Shown here: positions 1 through 13,532 of the stretch, one piece after another
Numbering within the stretch: the stretch's first letter is position 1
How the letters are laid out: every line of letters starts with the position of its first letter
From: the human T2T-CHM13v2.0 reference genome, Homo sapiens
Reading direction: 5' to 3'
NCBI GenBank assembly: GCA_009914755.4
Contig: CP068257.2
Span: 6,720,001 to 6,784,000, forward strand
Length of the DNA stretch: 64,000 nt
The notes under the pieces: model-generated
What the model was told of the DNA's origin: nothing
Database searches by the model: none
Seen by the model: the letters and a program-made list of their open reading frames with translations, nothing else
Program-made: the position numbers and the translations under genes

Positions 1-775
1 AATGAAATGGAATGGAACGGTATGGAATGGAATGGAATGGAATGCAATGGAGTGAAATCAAACCAAGTAGAATGGAACGGAATGGAATGGAATGGAATGG
101 AATAGAAAGGAATGGAATCAACTGGAATGGAATGAAATGGAATGGCATGGAGTGGAATGGAATGCAGTGCAATGGAATCAACAAGAGTGGAATGCAATGG
201 AATGGAATGGAATGGAATGAAATGTAATGGAGTGGAATGGAATGGAATGGAATCAACCCGAGTGGAGTGGAATAAAATGGAATGGAATGGAATGGAATCA
301 ACCTGAGTGGAACGGAATGGAATGGAATGGAACGGAGTGGAATGGTATCAACCAGAGTGGACTGGAATGGAATGGAATGGAATAGAATGGAACGGAATGG
401 AATGGAATGGAATGGAATGGAAACTACTGGAATGGAATGGAGACAACCCGAGTGGAATAGAATGCAATGGAATGGAATGGAGTGGAATGGAATGGAATGG
501 AATGGAATCAACCCGACTGGAATGGAATGGAATGGAAAGGAATGAAAGGAATGCAATGGAATGGAATGGTATGGAATGCAATGGGAAGGAATTGAATGGA
601 ATGGAACGGAATGGAACGGAACGGAGTGGAATCGAATGGACCCCAATGGAATGGAATGGAATGGAATGGATTGGAATGGAATGGAACCGAATTAACACGA
701 GTGGAATGGAATGTAATGGAATGGAGCGGAATGGAGTGGAAAGGAATGGAATGGAATGGAATGGAATGGAATGGA
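1..775. repeat. Segment S, copy 1. An identical copy lies 7005 bp downstream; flanking sequences are not collinear.
   Basis: ORF translations at 12-227 and 282-545, and the first ~155 aa of 307-1359, are identical to those at 7017-7232, 7287-7550 and 7312-7899 (all offset 7005). Identity ends near 772/7777, where copy 2 enters ataacatgcaatcaatcaactttggtgc. Confidence 0.85.
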
Positions 776-1199
776 ATCAACCCGAGTGGAATGGAATGGA
801 ATGGAACGCAATGGAATGGAATGGTATGGAATCAACCCTAGTGGAATGGTATGGAATGGAATGGAACGGAACGGAATGGAATGGAATCAACCCGAATGGA
901 ATGGAACGGAGTGCAGTGGAATGGTACGGAATGGAATGGAATGGAAAGGAATCAACCCGAAGGGTTTGGAATGGAATGGAATGGAATGGAATGGAATGGA
1001 ATGGAATAACATGCAATCAACTTTGGTGGAATGGTATAGAATGGAATAACATACAATCAACTTTGGTGGAATGGTATGGAATGGAATGGAATGGAATAAA
1101 AGGGCATGGAATGGAATGGAATCAACGCGAATGGAATGGAACGGAATGGAGTGGAATGGTATGGAATGGAATGGAATGGAAAGGAATCAACCTGAAATG

Positions 1200-3600
1200 T
1201 ATGGAATGGAATGGAATGGAATGGAATGGAATGGAATGGAATGGAATGGAATGCAATGGAATCAACTGGAATGGAATGGAATGGAATGGAATGGAACGGA
1301 ATGGAATGGAAACTACTGGAATGGAATGGAAACAACCCGAGTGGAATGGAATGCAATGAATGGAATGGAGTGGAATGGAATGGAATGGAATGGAATCAAC
1401 ACGAGTGTACTGCAACGGAATGAAATGGAATGGAATGGAATGGAATGGAATGGAATGGAATGGAACGGAATGGAACAGAACGGAATTGAATGGAATGGAA
1501 TCAACCCAAGTGGAAAGGAATGGAATGGAATGGAATGGAAGGAATGGAATGGAATGGAATGGAATAGCATGCAATCAACTTTGGTGGAATGGTATGGAAT
1601 GGTATGGTATGGAGTGGAATGGAATGGAATGGTATGGAATGGAATGGAATAAAAGGGCATGGAATGGAATGGAATTAACCCGAGAGGAATGGAATGGAAT
1701 GGAATGGAATGGAATGGAAGGAATGGAAATGAATCAAACCGAGTGGAATGGAATAGAATGGAATGGAATGGAATGGAAACAATGCAATGCAATTGTATCA
1801 ACGGGAATGGAATGCATTGGAATGGAATGGAATGGAATCACCCTGAGTGGATAGGAATGGAATGGAAGGGAATGGAAAGGAATGGAATGGAATGGAAACT
1901 AATGGAATGGAATGGAAACAACCCGAGTGGAATGGAATGGAATGGAATGGAATGGAATGGAATGGAATGGAATGAAATGGAATGGAATGGAATACAACAA
2001 AATGGAAACAACCCGAGTGGAATGGCATGGAATGGAAAGGACTTGAATATAATGGAATGGATTGGAATCAACCCGATTACAAACTAATGGAAAGCAATGG
2101 AATGGAATGGAATGGAATGGAATGGAATTTACCCGAGTGGAATGGAATGTAACGAAATTAAATGGAATGGAATGGAATGGAATGGAATGGAATACTACAA
2201 AATGGCAACAATCCGAGTGGAATGGCATGGAATGGAAACGACCTGAATATAATGGAATGGATTGGAATCAACCCGATTAGAAACTAATGGAATGGAATGG
2301 AATGGAATGGAAACTACCCGAGTGGAATGGAATGTAATGGAATGGAGTGGAATGGAATGGAATGGAATGGAATGGAATGGAATGGAATGGAACAGAATCG
2401 AATCCAATGGAATCAACTGGAATGGAATGGAATGCAATGGAATGGAATGGAATGGAATGGAATGGAATGGGATCAATCCGGGTGGAATGGAATAGAATAT
2501 AATGATGTGGAATGGAATGGAAGGGAGTGGAATGGAGTTGAATGGAATGGAATGGAATGGAATCAACCCGAATGGAATGGAACGGAATGGAATGGAATGG
2601 AATGGAATGGAATGGAATGGAATGGAATGGAGTCCACCCGAGGTGAATGGAATGGAATGGAATGGAACGGAATATAATGGAATGGAACGGAATCATCCCG
2701 AGTGGAATGGAATGGTATGGAATTCAATAGAATGGAATGGAACAGAACGGAATGAAATGGAATGGAATAGATTGAATGCGAGTGGAATTGAATGGAATGG
2801 AACGGATTGGAATGGAATGGAATGGACTGGAGTGGAATGGAATGGAATCAACACGAATGGGATGGAACGGAATGGAATGGAATGGAAAGGAACGGAATGG
2901 AATCAACCCGAGTGGAATGGAATGGAATGGAATGGAATCCACCCGAGTGGAATGGAATCGAATGGAATGCAATGGAATTGAACGGAATATAATGGAATTA
3001 AAAGGAATCATCCCGAGTGGAATGGAATGGAATCTAATGCAATGGTATCTAATGCAATGGAATGGAATGAAACAGAACGGAAAGGAATGGAAAGAATAGA
3101 TTGAATCCAAGTGGAATTGAATGGAATGGAATGGATTGGAAAGGAATGGAATGGATTGGAATGGATTGGAATGGAAAGGAATGTATTCAACCATTGTGGA
3201 ATGTAATGGATTGGAATGGAATGGAATGGAATGGAATGGAATGGAATGGAATGCAATGGAATCAACACGAATGGAATGGAACGGAATGGAATGGAATGGA
3301 ATGGTATGGAATGAAATGGAAAGGAACGGAATAGAATCAACCAAAGTGGAATGGAATGGAATGGAATGGAAGGGAATCAACACGAGTGGAATGGAGTGGA
3401 AAGGAATGCAATGGAATGGAAAGGAATGGAATGGAATGGAAAGGAATGGAATGGAATGGAATGGAATGGAATGGAATGGAATCAACTCGAGTGGAGTAGA
3501 ATGGAATGGAATGGAATCAACCCCAGTGGAATGGAATGGAATCGAATGGAATGGAATGGAATAAAAGGGCATGGAATAGAACGGAATCAACCTGAATGGA
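1200..3600. repeat. Y-type higher-order unit with modules KLL - A - B - B. It is near-identical to unit Y2 at 46280-48530, offset 44.97-45.05 kb.
   Basis: Identical ORF translations: 1798-2028 = 46846-47076 (76 aa) and 1838-2071 = 46886-47119 (77 aa). Near-identical: 1360-1854 versus 46192-46902, 2792-2992 versus 47795-48067, 3101-3334 versus 48069-48302, and 3351-3815 versus 48324-48617. Confidence 0.75.
1721..2090. repeat. Landmark composite module A-B. A second B follows at 2201-2290.
   Basis: Module A reads gaaatgaatcaaaccgagtgg ... aaacaatgcaatgcaattgtatcaacgggaatggaatgcattggaatggaatggaatggaatcaccctgagtggatagg. Module B reads aatacaacaaaatggaaacaacccgagtggaatggcatggaatggaaaggacttgaatataatggaatggattggaatcaacccgattacaaactaatgg. 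Both are read directly. Confidence 0.85.
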
Positions 3601-4054
3601 AAGGAACGGAATGGAGTGGAATGGTATGGAATGGAATGGAAACTACTGGAATGGAATGGAAACAACCCGAGTGGAATGGAATGCAATGGAATGGAATGGA
3701 GGGGAATGGATTGGAATGGAATGGAATCAGCACGAGTGGACTGCAACGGAATGAAATGGAATGGAATGGAATGGAATGGAATGGAATGGAACGGAACGGA
3801 ACGGAACGGAATTGAATGGAATGGAATCAACCCAAGGGGAAAGGAATGGAATGGAATGGAATGGAATGGAATGGAATGGAATGGAATGGAAGAGTATGCA
3901 ATCAAATTTGGTGGAATGGTATGGAATGGTATGGAATGGAATGGAATGGAATGGTATGGAATGGAATGGAATAAAAGGGCATGGAATGGAATGAAATCAA
4001 CCCGACAGGAATGGAAAGGAATGGAATGGAATGGAATGGAATGGAATGGAATGG

Positions 4055-4388
4055 AATGGAAATGAATCAAACCGAGTGGAATGGAACGGAATGGCATGGA
4101 AACAATGCAATGCAATGGTATCAACGGGAATGGAATGCATTGGAATGGAATGGAATGGAATCATCCTGAGTGGATAGGATTGGAATGAAAGGGAATGGAA
4201 AGGAATGGAATGGAATGGAAACTAATGGAATGGAATGGAAACAACCCGAGTGGAATGGAATGGAATGGAATGGAATGGAATGGAATGGAATACAACAAAA
4301 TGGAAACAACCCGAGTGGAATGGCATGGAATGGAAAGGACTTGAATATAATGGAATGGATTGGAATCAACCCGATTAGAAACTAATGG
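4055..4388. repeat. Landmark composite module A-B.
   Basis: Same motifs, read at 4098-4178 (A) and 4289-4388 (B). Confidence 0.85.
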
Positions 4389-5284
4389 AATTGAATGGAA
4401 TGGAATGGAATAGAATGGAATGGAATGGAATGGCATGGAATCTACCCGAGTGGAATGGAATTGAATGGAATTTAATGGAATGGAATGGAATAGAATGGTA
4501 TGGAATCAACCCGAGTGGAATGGTATAGAATGGAACGTAATGGAACGGAATGGAATGGAATAAAACAGAATGGAATGGAATGGAAACAACCCGAGTGGGA
4601 TGGAATGGAATGGAATGGAGTGGAATGGAATGGAATGGAATGGAGTGGAATGGAATGGAATAGAATGGAATGGAATAGAATGGAATGGAATGAAATGGAA
4701 TAGAATGAAATGGAAAGGAATGGAATGGAAATAACCCGAGTGGAATGGAATGGAATGGAATGGAATGGAATGGAATGGAATGGAATGGAATGGAATCAAC
4801 CCAAGTTAAATGGAATGGAATGGAATGGAACGGAATATAATGGAATGGAACGGAATCATCCCTACTGGAATGGAATGGTATGGAATGCAATGGAATGGAG
4901 TGGAACAGAACGGAATGGAATGGAATGGAATTGATTGAAACCGAGTGGAATTGAATGGAAGGGAATGCATTGGAAAGGAATGGAAAGGATTCAACCCGAG
5001 TGGAATGTAATGGATTGGAATGGAGTGGAATGGAATGGAATGGAATAGAATGGAATGGAATCAACACAAATGGAATGGAATGGAATGTAATGGAATGGAA
5101 TAGAATGGAAAGGAATGGAATGCAAAGGAATGGAATGGAATGGAATGAAATGGAATAAACCCGAATGGAATGGAATGGAATGGAATGGAATGGAATGGAA
5201 TGGAATGGAATGGAATGGAGTGGAATGGAATAAACACCAGTTTAATGAAATGGAATGGAATGGAATGGAATGGAATGGAATGGA

Positions 5285-5382
5285 ATACAACAAAATGGAA
5301 ACAACCCGAGTGGAATGGCATGGAATGAAAAGGATTGAATATAATGGAATGGATTGGAATCAACCCGATTAGAAACTAATGG
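5285..5382. repeat. Solo module B (the ~100-bp CAACCCGATTAGAAACTAATGG island).
   Basis: The B motif is read directly. Other solo or truncated B copies are at 24688-24786, 32901-32970 (truncated), 36411-36507, 38727-38795 (truncated), 40810-40908, 51895-51992, 54265-54363, 58115-58213 and 60795-60893. Confidence 0.85.
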
Positions 5383-7005
5383 AATGGAATGGAATGGAAT
5401 GGAATGGAATGGAATGGAATGGAATCTAACCTAGTGGAATGGAAAGGAATGGAATTTAAAGAAATGAAATGGAATGGAATGGAACAGAATTGAATGGAAT
5501 GGAATGGAATGGAATCTACCCGAGTGAAATGGAATGGAATGGAATTTAATGGAATGGAATGGTATAGAATGTAATGGAATCAACCCCAGTGGAATGGTAT
5601 AGAATGTAATGTAATGGAATGGAATGGAATAAAATGGAATGGAATGGAAACAACCCGAGTGGAATGGAATGGAATAACCGGAGAGGAATGGAATGGAATG
5701 GAGTGGAATGGAATGGAATAGAATGGAATAGAAAGGAATGGAATAGAATGAAATTGAAAAGAATGGAATGGAAACCACCCGAGTGGCATGGAATGGAATG
5801 GAATGGAATGCAATGGAATCAACCCGAGTGGAATGGAAAGGAATGGAATGGAACGGAATATAATGGAATGGAATGGAAACATCCCGAGTGGAATGGAATG
5901 GTATGGAATGCAATTGAATGGTATGGAACAGAACGGAATGAAATGGAATGCAATAGATTGATTGCGAGTGGAATTGAATGGAATGGAATGGATTGGAATG
6001 GAATGGAAAGGATTGGAGTGGAATGGAATGGAATCAACAAGAATGGAATGGAAAGGAATGGAAAGGAATGGAATGGAATGGAATGGAATGGTAAGGAACA
6101 GAATGGAAACAACCCGAGTGGAATGGAATGGAATGGACTGTAATCCACCCGAGTGGAATGGAATGTAATGGAATTGAACGGAATATAATGGAATTGAATG
6201 GAATCATCCCGAGTCGAATGGAATGGTATCTAATGCAATGGAATGGAATGGAACAGAACGGAATGGAATGGAAAGAATAGATTGAATCCAAGTGGAATTG
6301 AATGGAATGAAATGGATTGGAAAGGAATGGAATGGATTGGAATGGAAAGGAATGGATTCAACACGAGTGGAATGTAATGGATTGGAATGGAGTGGAATGG
6401 AATAGAATGGAATCAACACGAATGGAATGGAACGGAATGGAATGGAATGGAATGGAATGCTATGGAATGAAATGGAAAGGAACGGAATAGAATCAACCCA
6501 AGTGTAATGGAATGGAAGGGAATTGAAGGGAATCAACACGAGTGGAACGGAATGGAAAGGAATGCAATGGAATGGAATGGAATGGAATGGAATGGAATGG
6601 AAGGGAATGGAATGGAACGGAAAGGAATCAACCCGAGAGGAGTGGAATGGAATAGAATGGAACCAACCCGAGTGGAATGGAATGCTATGGAATTCAATGG
6701 AATGGAGTGGAACAGAACTGAATGATATGAAATGGAATTGATTGAATCCGAGTGGAATTGAACGGAAGGGAACGGATTGGAATGGAATGGAAAGGATTCA
6801 ACACGAGTGGAATGTAATGGAATGGAGTGGAGTGGAATGGAATGGTATGGAATGTAATGGAATGGAATGGAATGGAATGAAATGGAATAAACCCGAATGC
6901 AATGGAATGGATTGGAATGGAATGGAATGGAATGCAATGGAATGGAATGGAATGAAATGGAAAGGAGTGCAATGGAATAAACACCAGTGGAACGAAATGG
7001 AATGG

Positions 7006-7780
7006 AATGAAATGGAATGGAACGGTATGGAATGGAATGGAATGGAATGCAATGGAGTGAAATCAAACCAAGTAGAATGGAACGGAATGGAATGGAATGG
7101 AATGGAATAGAAAGGAATGGAATCAACTGGAATGGAATGAAATGGAATGGCATGGAGTGGAATGGAATGCAGTGCAATGGAATCAACAAGAGTGGAATGC
7201 AATGGAATGGAATGGAATGGAATGAAATGTAATGGAGTGGAATGGAATGGAATGGAATCAACCCGAGTGGAGTGGAATAAAATGGAATGGAATGGAATGG
7301 AATCAACCTGAGTGGAACGGAATGGAATGGAATGGAACGGAGTGGAATGGTATCAACCAGAGTGGACTGGAATGGAATGGAATGGAATAGAATGGAACGG
7401 AATGGAATGGAATGGAATGGAATGGAAACTACTGGAATGGAATGGAGACAACCCGAGTGGAATAGAATGCAATGGAATGGAATGGAGTGGAATGGAATGG
7501 AATGGAATGGAATCAACCCGACTGGAATGGAATGGAATGGAAAGGAATGAAAGGAATGCAATGGAATGGAATGGTATGGAATGCAATGGGAAGGAATTGA
7601 ATGGAATGGAACGGAATGGAACGGAACGGAGTGGAATCGAATGGACCCCAATGGAATGGAATGGAATGGAATGGATTGGAATGGAATGGAACCGAATTAA
7701 CACGAGTGGAATGGAATGTAATGGAATGGAGCGGAATGGAGTGGAAAGGAATGGAATGGAATGGAATGGAATGGAATGGA
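7006..7780. repeat. Segment S, copy 2 (see 1-775).
   Basis: Same as above. The minus-strand ORFs at 348-698 and 7353-7799 share a 116-aa identical stretch. Confidence 0.85.
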
Positions 7781-8340
7781 ATAACATGCAATCAATCAAC
7801 TTTGGTGCAATGGTATGTAATGGAATGGAATGGAATGGAATGGAATGGAATGGAATGGAATGGAATAAAACGGCATGGAATGAAACAGAATCAACGTGAA
7901 TGGAGTGAAACGGAATGGATTGTAATTGTATGGAATGGAATGGAATGGGAAGGAATCAACAAGAATGGAATGGAATGGAATGGAATGGAATGGAACGGAA
8001 TGGAAGCAACCGGAGTGGAATGAAATGGAATGGAATTGAAAGGAATGGAATGGAATGGAATGGAATGGAATGGAATGGAACGGACCGGAACCGAATGGAA
8101 TTGAATGGAATGGAATCAACCCAAGTGGAAAGGAATGGAATGGAATGGAATGGAATGGAATGGAATGGAATGGAATGGAATGGAATAGCATGCAATCAAC
8201 TTTGGTGGAATGGTATGGAATGGAATGGAATGGAATGGAATGGAATGGAATGGAATGGAATAAAAGGGCATGGCATGGAATGGAACCATTCCGAGGGGAA
8301 TGGTATGGAATGGAATGGAATGGATTGTAATGGAATGGAA

Positions 8341-8762
8341 TAGAAATGAATCAAACCGTGTGGAATTTAATGTAATATAATGTAATGGAAAGGAATGGGA
8401 ACAATGCAATGCAATGGTATCAACTGGAATGGAATGCATTGGAATGGAATGGAATGGAATGGAATCACCCTGAGTGGAAAGGAATAGAATGGAATGGAAA
8501 GGAATGGAATGGAATCAAAACTAATGGAACGGAATGGAAACAACCCGAGTGGAATGGAATGCAATGGAATGGAATGGAATGGAATGCAATGGAATGGAAT
8601 GGAATGGAATGCAGTGGAATGGAATGGAATGGAATGGAATGGAATGGAATGGAATGGAATGGAATACAACAAAATGGAAACAACCCGAGTGGAATGGCAT
8701 GGAATGGAAAGCACTTGAATATAATGGAATGGATTGGAATCAACCCGATTAGAAAATAATGG
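8341..8762. repeat. Landmark composite module A-B, variant A with caactggaatgg. It is duplicated at 13896-14317.
   Basis: A is read at about 8400-8478 and B at 8663-8762 (gattagaaaataatgg variant). Confidence 0.85.
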
Positions 8763-9360
8763 AATGGAATGGAATGGAATGGAATGGAATGGAATGGAAT
8801 GGAATCTAACCAAGTGGAATGGAAAGGAATGGAATTTAATGGAATGAAATGGAATGGAATGGAACGGAATTGAATATAATGGAATGGAATGGAATCTACC
8901 CGAGTGGAATGGAATGGAATGGAATTTAATGGAATGGAATGGAATAGAATGTAATGGAATCAACCCGAGTGGAATGGTATAGAATGTAATGGAATGCAAT
9001 GGAATGAAATAAAATGGAATGGAATGGAATGGCATGGAAACAACCCGAGTGGAATGGAATGGAATAACCGGAGAGGAATGCAATGGAATGGAGTGGAATG
9101 GAATGGAATAGAATGGAATGGAATGGAATGGAATGGAATGGAATAGAATGAAATTGAAAGTAATGGAATGGAAAACACCCGAGTGGAATGGAATGGAATG
9201 GAATGGAATTTAATGGAATGGAATGGAATGGAATCAACCCGAGTGGAATGGAAAGGAATGGAATGGATCGGAATATAATGGAATGGAATGGAATCAACCC
9301 GAGAGGAACGGAATGAAATGGAATGGAATGGAATGGAATGGAATGGAATGGAATGGAATG

Positions 9361-9709
9361 GAAATCAGTCAAACCGAGTGGAATGGAATGGAATGGAATG
9401 GAATGGAATGAAATGGAAACAGTGCAAAGCAATGCTATCAAAGGGAATGGAATGCATTGGAATGGAATGGAATGGAATCACCCTGAGTAGAAAGGAATGG
9501 AATGGAATGGAATGGAAAGGATGGAATGGAATGGAAACTAATGGAACGGAATGGAAACAACCCGAGTGGAAGGGAATGTAATGGAATGCAATGGAATGGA
9601 ATGGAATGGAATACAACAAAATGGAAACAACCCGAGTGGAATGGCATGGAATGGAAAGGACTTGAATATAATGAAATGGATTGGAATCAACCCGATTAGA
9701 AACTAATGG
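9361..9709. repeat. Landmark composite module A-B, variant A of the cagtgcaaagcaatgctatcaaaggg type. It is duplicated at about 14916-15264.
   Basis: A is read at about 9415-9492 and B at 9612-9709. Confidence 0.85.
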
Positions 9710-11200
9710 AATGGAATGGAATGGAATGGAATGGAATGGAATGGAATGGAATGGAATGGAATCTACACAAGTGGAATGGAATGTAATGGAATTAAATGGA
9801 ATGGAATAGAATGGAATGGAATGGAACGGAGTGGAATGGAATGGAATGGAACGGAATCTACCCGAGTGGAATGGAATGGAATGGGATTTAATGGAATGGA
9901 ATGGAATAGAATGGTATGGAATCAACCCGAGTGGAATGGTAAAGAATGCAAAGTAATGTAAAGTAATGGAATGGAATAAAATGGAATGGAATGGAATGGA
10001 AACAACCCGAGTGGAGTGGACTGGAATGGAATGGAATGGAATGGAATAACCGGAGAGGAATTGAATAGAATGCAGTGTAATGGAATGGAATACAACGGAA
10101 TGGAATGGAATAGAATGAAATGGAAAGGAATGGAATAGAAACAACCCGAGTGGAATGGAATGGAATGGAATCCACCCGAGTGGAATGGAATGCAATGGAA
10201 TTGAACGGAATATAATGGAATTGAAGGGAATCATCCCGAGTGGAATGGAATAGTATTTAATGCAATGGAATGGAAAGGAACAGAACGGAATGGAATGGAA
10301 AGAATAGATTGAATCCAAGTGGATTTGAATGGAATGAAATTGATTGGAAAGGAATGGAATGGATTCTAATGGAAAGGAGTGGATTCAACCCGAGGGAATG
10401 TAATGGATTGGAATGGAGTGGAATGGAATGGAATGTAATCAACACGAATGGAATGGAACGGAATGGAATGGAATGGAATGGAATGCTATGGAATGAAATA
10501 GAAAGGAACGGAATAGAATCAACCCAAATGGAATGGAATGGAATGGAAGGGAATCAACACGTGTGGAATGGAATGGAAAGGAATGCAAAGGAATGGAATG
10601 GAATGGAATGCAATGGAATGGAATGGAATGGAATGGAATGGAATCAACCCGAGTGGAGGGGAATGGAATGGAATGGAATCAACAAGAGTGGAGTGGAATA
10701 AAATGGAATGGAATGGGATGGAATCAACCTGAGTGGAACGGAATGGAATGGAATGGAACGGAATGGAATGGTATCAACCAGAGTGGACTGGAATGGAATG
10801 GAATGGAATGGAATGGAATGGAATGGAATGGAATGGAACAGAATCAACCTGAGTCAAATAGAATGGAATGGAATGGAATGGAATGCAATGGAATGGAAAC
10901 TACTGGAATGTCATGGAAACAACCCGAGTGGAGTGGAATGGAATGGAATGGAATGGAATGGAATGGATTGGAATGGAATGTAAAGGAATGGAATGGAATC
11001 AACCCGACTGGAGTGGAATGGAAAGGAAAGGAATGAATGGAATGGAATGGAATGGATTGGAATGGAATGGAATGGAATAAACCAGAATGGAATGGAATGA
11101 AATGGAATGGAATGGAGTGGAATGGAATAAACACCAGTGGAATGAAATGGAATGGAAGGAAATGGAATGGAATGGACTGGAATGGAATGGAATGGAATGA

Positions 11201-11340
11201 AATCAACCCGAATAGAATGGAACGGAAAGGAATGTAATGGAATAGAGTGGAATGGAATGGAATGGAATGAAATCAACCCGAATAGAATGGAACGGAAAGG
11301 AATGTAATGGAATAGAGTGGAATGGAATGGAATGGAATGG
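11201..11340. repeat. Local 70-bp x2 tandem duplication. It is specific to copy 1 of the 5.55-kb unit; copy 2 at 16751-16820 has it once.
   Basis: The string aatcaacccgaatagaatggaacggaaaggaatgtaatggaatagagtggaatggaatggaatggaatga is read twice in succession starting at 11201 and 11271. The homologous position in copy 2 (about 16751) has one copy. Confidence 0.85.
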
Positions 11341-13187
11341 AATGGAATGGAATGGAATGGAATGGAATGGAATGGATTCAACCCGAGTGGAATGGAATGG
11401 AATGGAATGCAATGGAATGGAATGGTATGGAATCAACCCTAGTGGAATGGTATGGAATGGAATGGAACGGAACGGAATGGAATTTAATCAACCCGAATGG
11501 AATGGAACGGAATGGAGTGGAATGGTACGGAATGGAATGAAATGGAAAGGAATCAACACGAAGGGTATGGATTGTAATGCAATGGAATGGAATGGAATGG
11601 AATCAACCCGACTGGAATGCAATGGAATAAAATGGAATGGAATGGAACGGAACGGAACGGAACGGAACGGAATTGAAAGGAATGGAATCAACCCGAGTGA
11701 AAAGGAATGGAATGGAAAGGAATGGAATGGAATGGAATGGAATGGAATGGAATGGAGTGGAATGGAATGGAATGGAATAACATGCAATCAACTTTGGTGG
11801 CATGGTATGGAATGGAATAACATGCAATCAAATTTGGTGGAATGGTATTTAAAGAAATGGAAAAGAATGGAATGGAATGGAATAAAAGGGCATTGAAAGG
11901 AAAGGAATCAAACCGAATGGAATGGAACGGAATGGAGTGGAATGGTATGGAATGGAATGGAATGGAAAGAAATCAACCCGATGTGTATGGAATGGAATGG
12001 AATGGAATGGAACGGAATGGAATGGAATCAACACGAGTGGAATGCAATGGAATGAAATGGAATGGAATGGAACGGAACAGAACAGAATTGAATGAAATGG
12101 AATCAACCCAAGTGGAAAGGAATGGAATGGAATGGAATGCAATGGAATGCAATTGAATGGAATGGAATAACATGCAATCAACTTTGGTGGAATGGTATGG
12201 AATGGAATGGAATATAATGGAATGGAATGGAACAAAAGGGCATGGAATGGAACGGAATCAAACCGAATGGAATAGAGCGGAAGGGAGTGGAATGGTATGG
12301 AATGGAATGGAATGGAAAGGAATGAACCTGAAGGGCATAGAATGGAATGGAATGGAATGGAAGGGAATGGAAAGGAATGGAATCAACTCGAGTGGAATGT
12401 AATGGAATGGAATGGAACGGAACGGAACGGAAAGGAATTGAATGGAATGGAATCAACCCGAGTGGAATGGAATGGAATGGAATGCAATGGAATGGAATGG
12501 AATGCAATGGAATGGAATGGAATGGAATGGAATGGAATGGAATGGAATGGAATGGAATGGAATAACATGCAATCAACTTTGGTGGAAAGCTATAGAATGG
12601 AATGGAAGGGAATGGAATGGAATGGAATGGAATGGAATGGAAAGGAATGGAATGGAATGGAATAAAAGGGCATGGAATGGAACAGAATCAACCCGAATGG
12701 AAAGGAACGGAAAGGAGTGGAATGGTATGGAATGGAATGGAATAGAAAGGAATCAACCCGAAGGGTATGGAATGGAATGGAATGGAATGGAATGGAATGG
12801 AATGGAATCAACCCGAGTGGAATGCAATGGAATGAAATGGAAGGGAATGGAATGGAATGGAACGGAACGGAACGGAATGGAACGGAACGGAATTGAATGG
12901 AATGGAATCAATAAAAGTGGAAAGGAATGGAATGGAATGGAATGGAATGGAATGGAATGGAATGGAATGCAATGGAATGGAATGGAATGGAATGGAATGG
13001 AATGGAATGGAATGGAATGCAATGGAATGGAATGGAATGGAATGGAATGGAATGGAATGGAATAGCATGCAATCAACTTTGGTGGAATGGCATGGAATGG
13101 AATGGAATGGAATGGAATAAAAGGGCATGGAATGGAATGGAATCAACCCGAGAGGAATGGAATGAAATGGAATGGAATGGAATGGAA

Positions 13188-13532
13188 TGGAAATCAGTCA
13201 AACCGAGTGGAATGTAATGTAATGGAATGGAATGGAAACACTGCAAAGCAATGCTATCAAAGGGAATGGAATGCATTGGAATGGAATGGAATGGAATCAC
13301 CCTGAGTAGAAAGGAATGGAATGGAATGGAATGGAACGGATGGAATGGAATGGAAACTAATGGAATGGAATGGAAACAACCCGAGTGGAATGGAATGCAA
13401 TGGAATGGAATGGAATGGAATGGAATGGAATGGAATACAACAAAATGGAAACAACCTGAGTGGAATGGCATGGAATGGAAAGGACTTGAATATAATGGAA
13501 TGGATCAGAATCAACCGGATTAGAAACTAATG
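13188..13532. repeat. Landmark composite module A-B at the 3-prime end of the 5.55-kb unit. It is duplicated at about 18690-19042.
   Basis: A is read at about 13237-13310 and B at 13435-13532. B terminates exactly at the copy 1/copy 2 junction. Confidence 0.85.

Larger units (their letters stand above)
7975..13530. repeat. 5.55-kb higher-order unit, tandem copy 1 of 2.
   Basis: Many long ORF translations match copy 2 exactly. Examples: 8367-9083 (238 aa) = 13922-14638; 8926-9441 (171 aa) = 14481-14996; 10270-10701 = 15820-16251; 11842-12156 = 17312-17626. The offset drifts 5555, 5550, 5470, 5505 through small indels. The junction is read directly: 13500-13530 (tggatcagaatcaaccggattagaaactaatgg) ends copy 1, and the same string at 19011-19042 ends copy 2. 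Confidence 0.88.

Noticed and set aside
1991-2090. Non-pentameric islands (modules A and B, about 100-130 bp) as possible transposable-element fragments or inserted foreign sequence.
   Set aside because: They are too short and recur 15-23 times in the same flanking context and order. They still contain decayed GGAAT and CAACCCGAGT pieces, and they carry no Alu, L1, SVA or LTR hallmark such as a poly-A tail, target-site duplication or GC-rich Alu core. They are diverged satellite monomers fixed within the higher-order repeat.
4098-4178. The AATGCATT palindrome (NsiI site) inside module A as a functional protein-binding palindrome.
   Set aside because: It is an 8-bp palindrome that arises from a single G to C change in ggaatggattgg-like sequence. 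Conservation among copies is explained by unit amplification. There is no independent evidence of function, so it is noted only as a possible restriction or k-mer marker.
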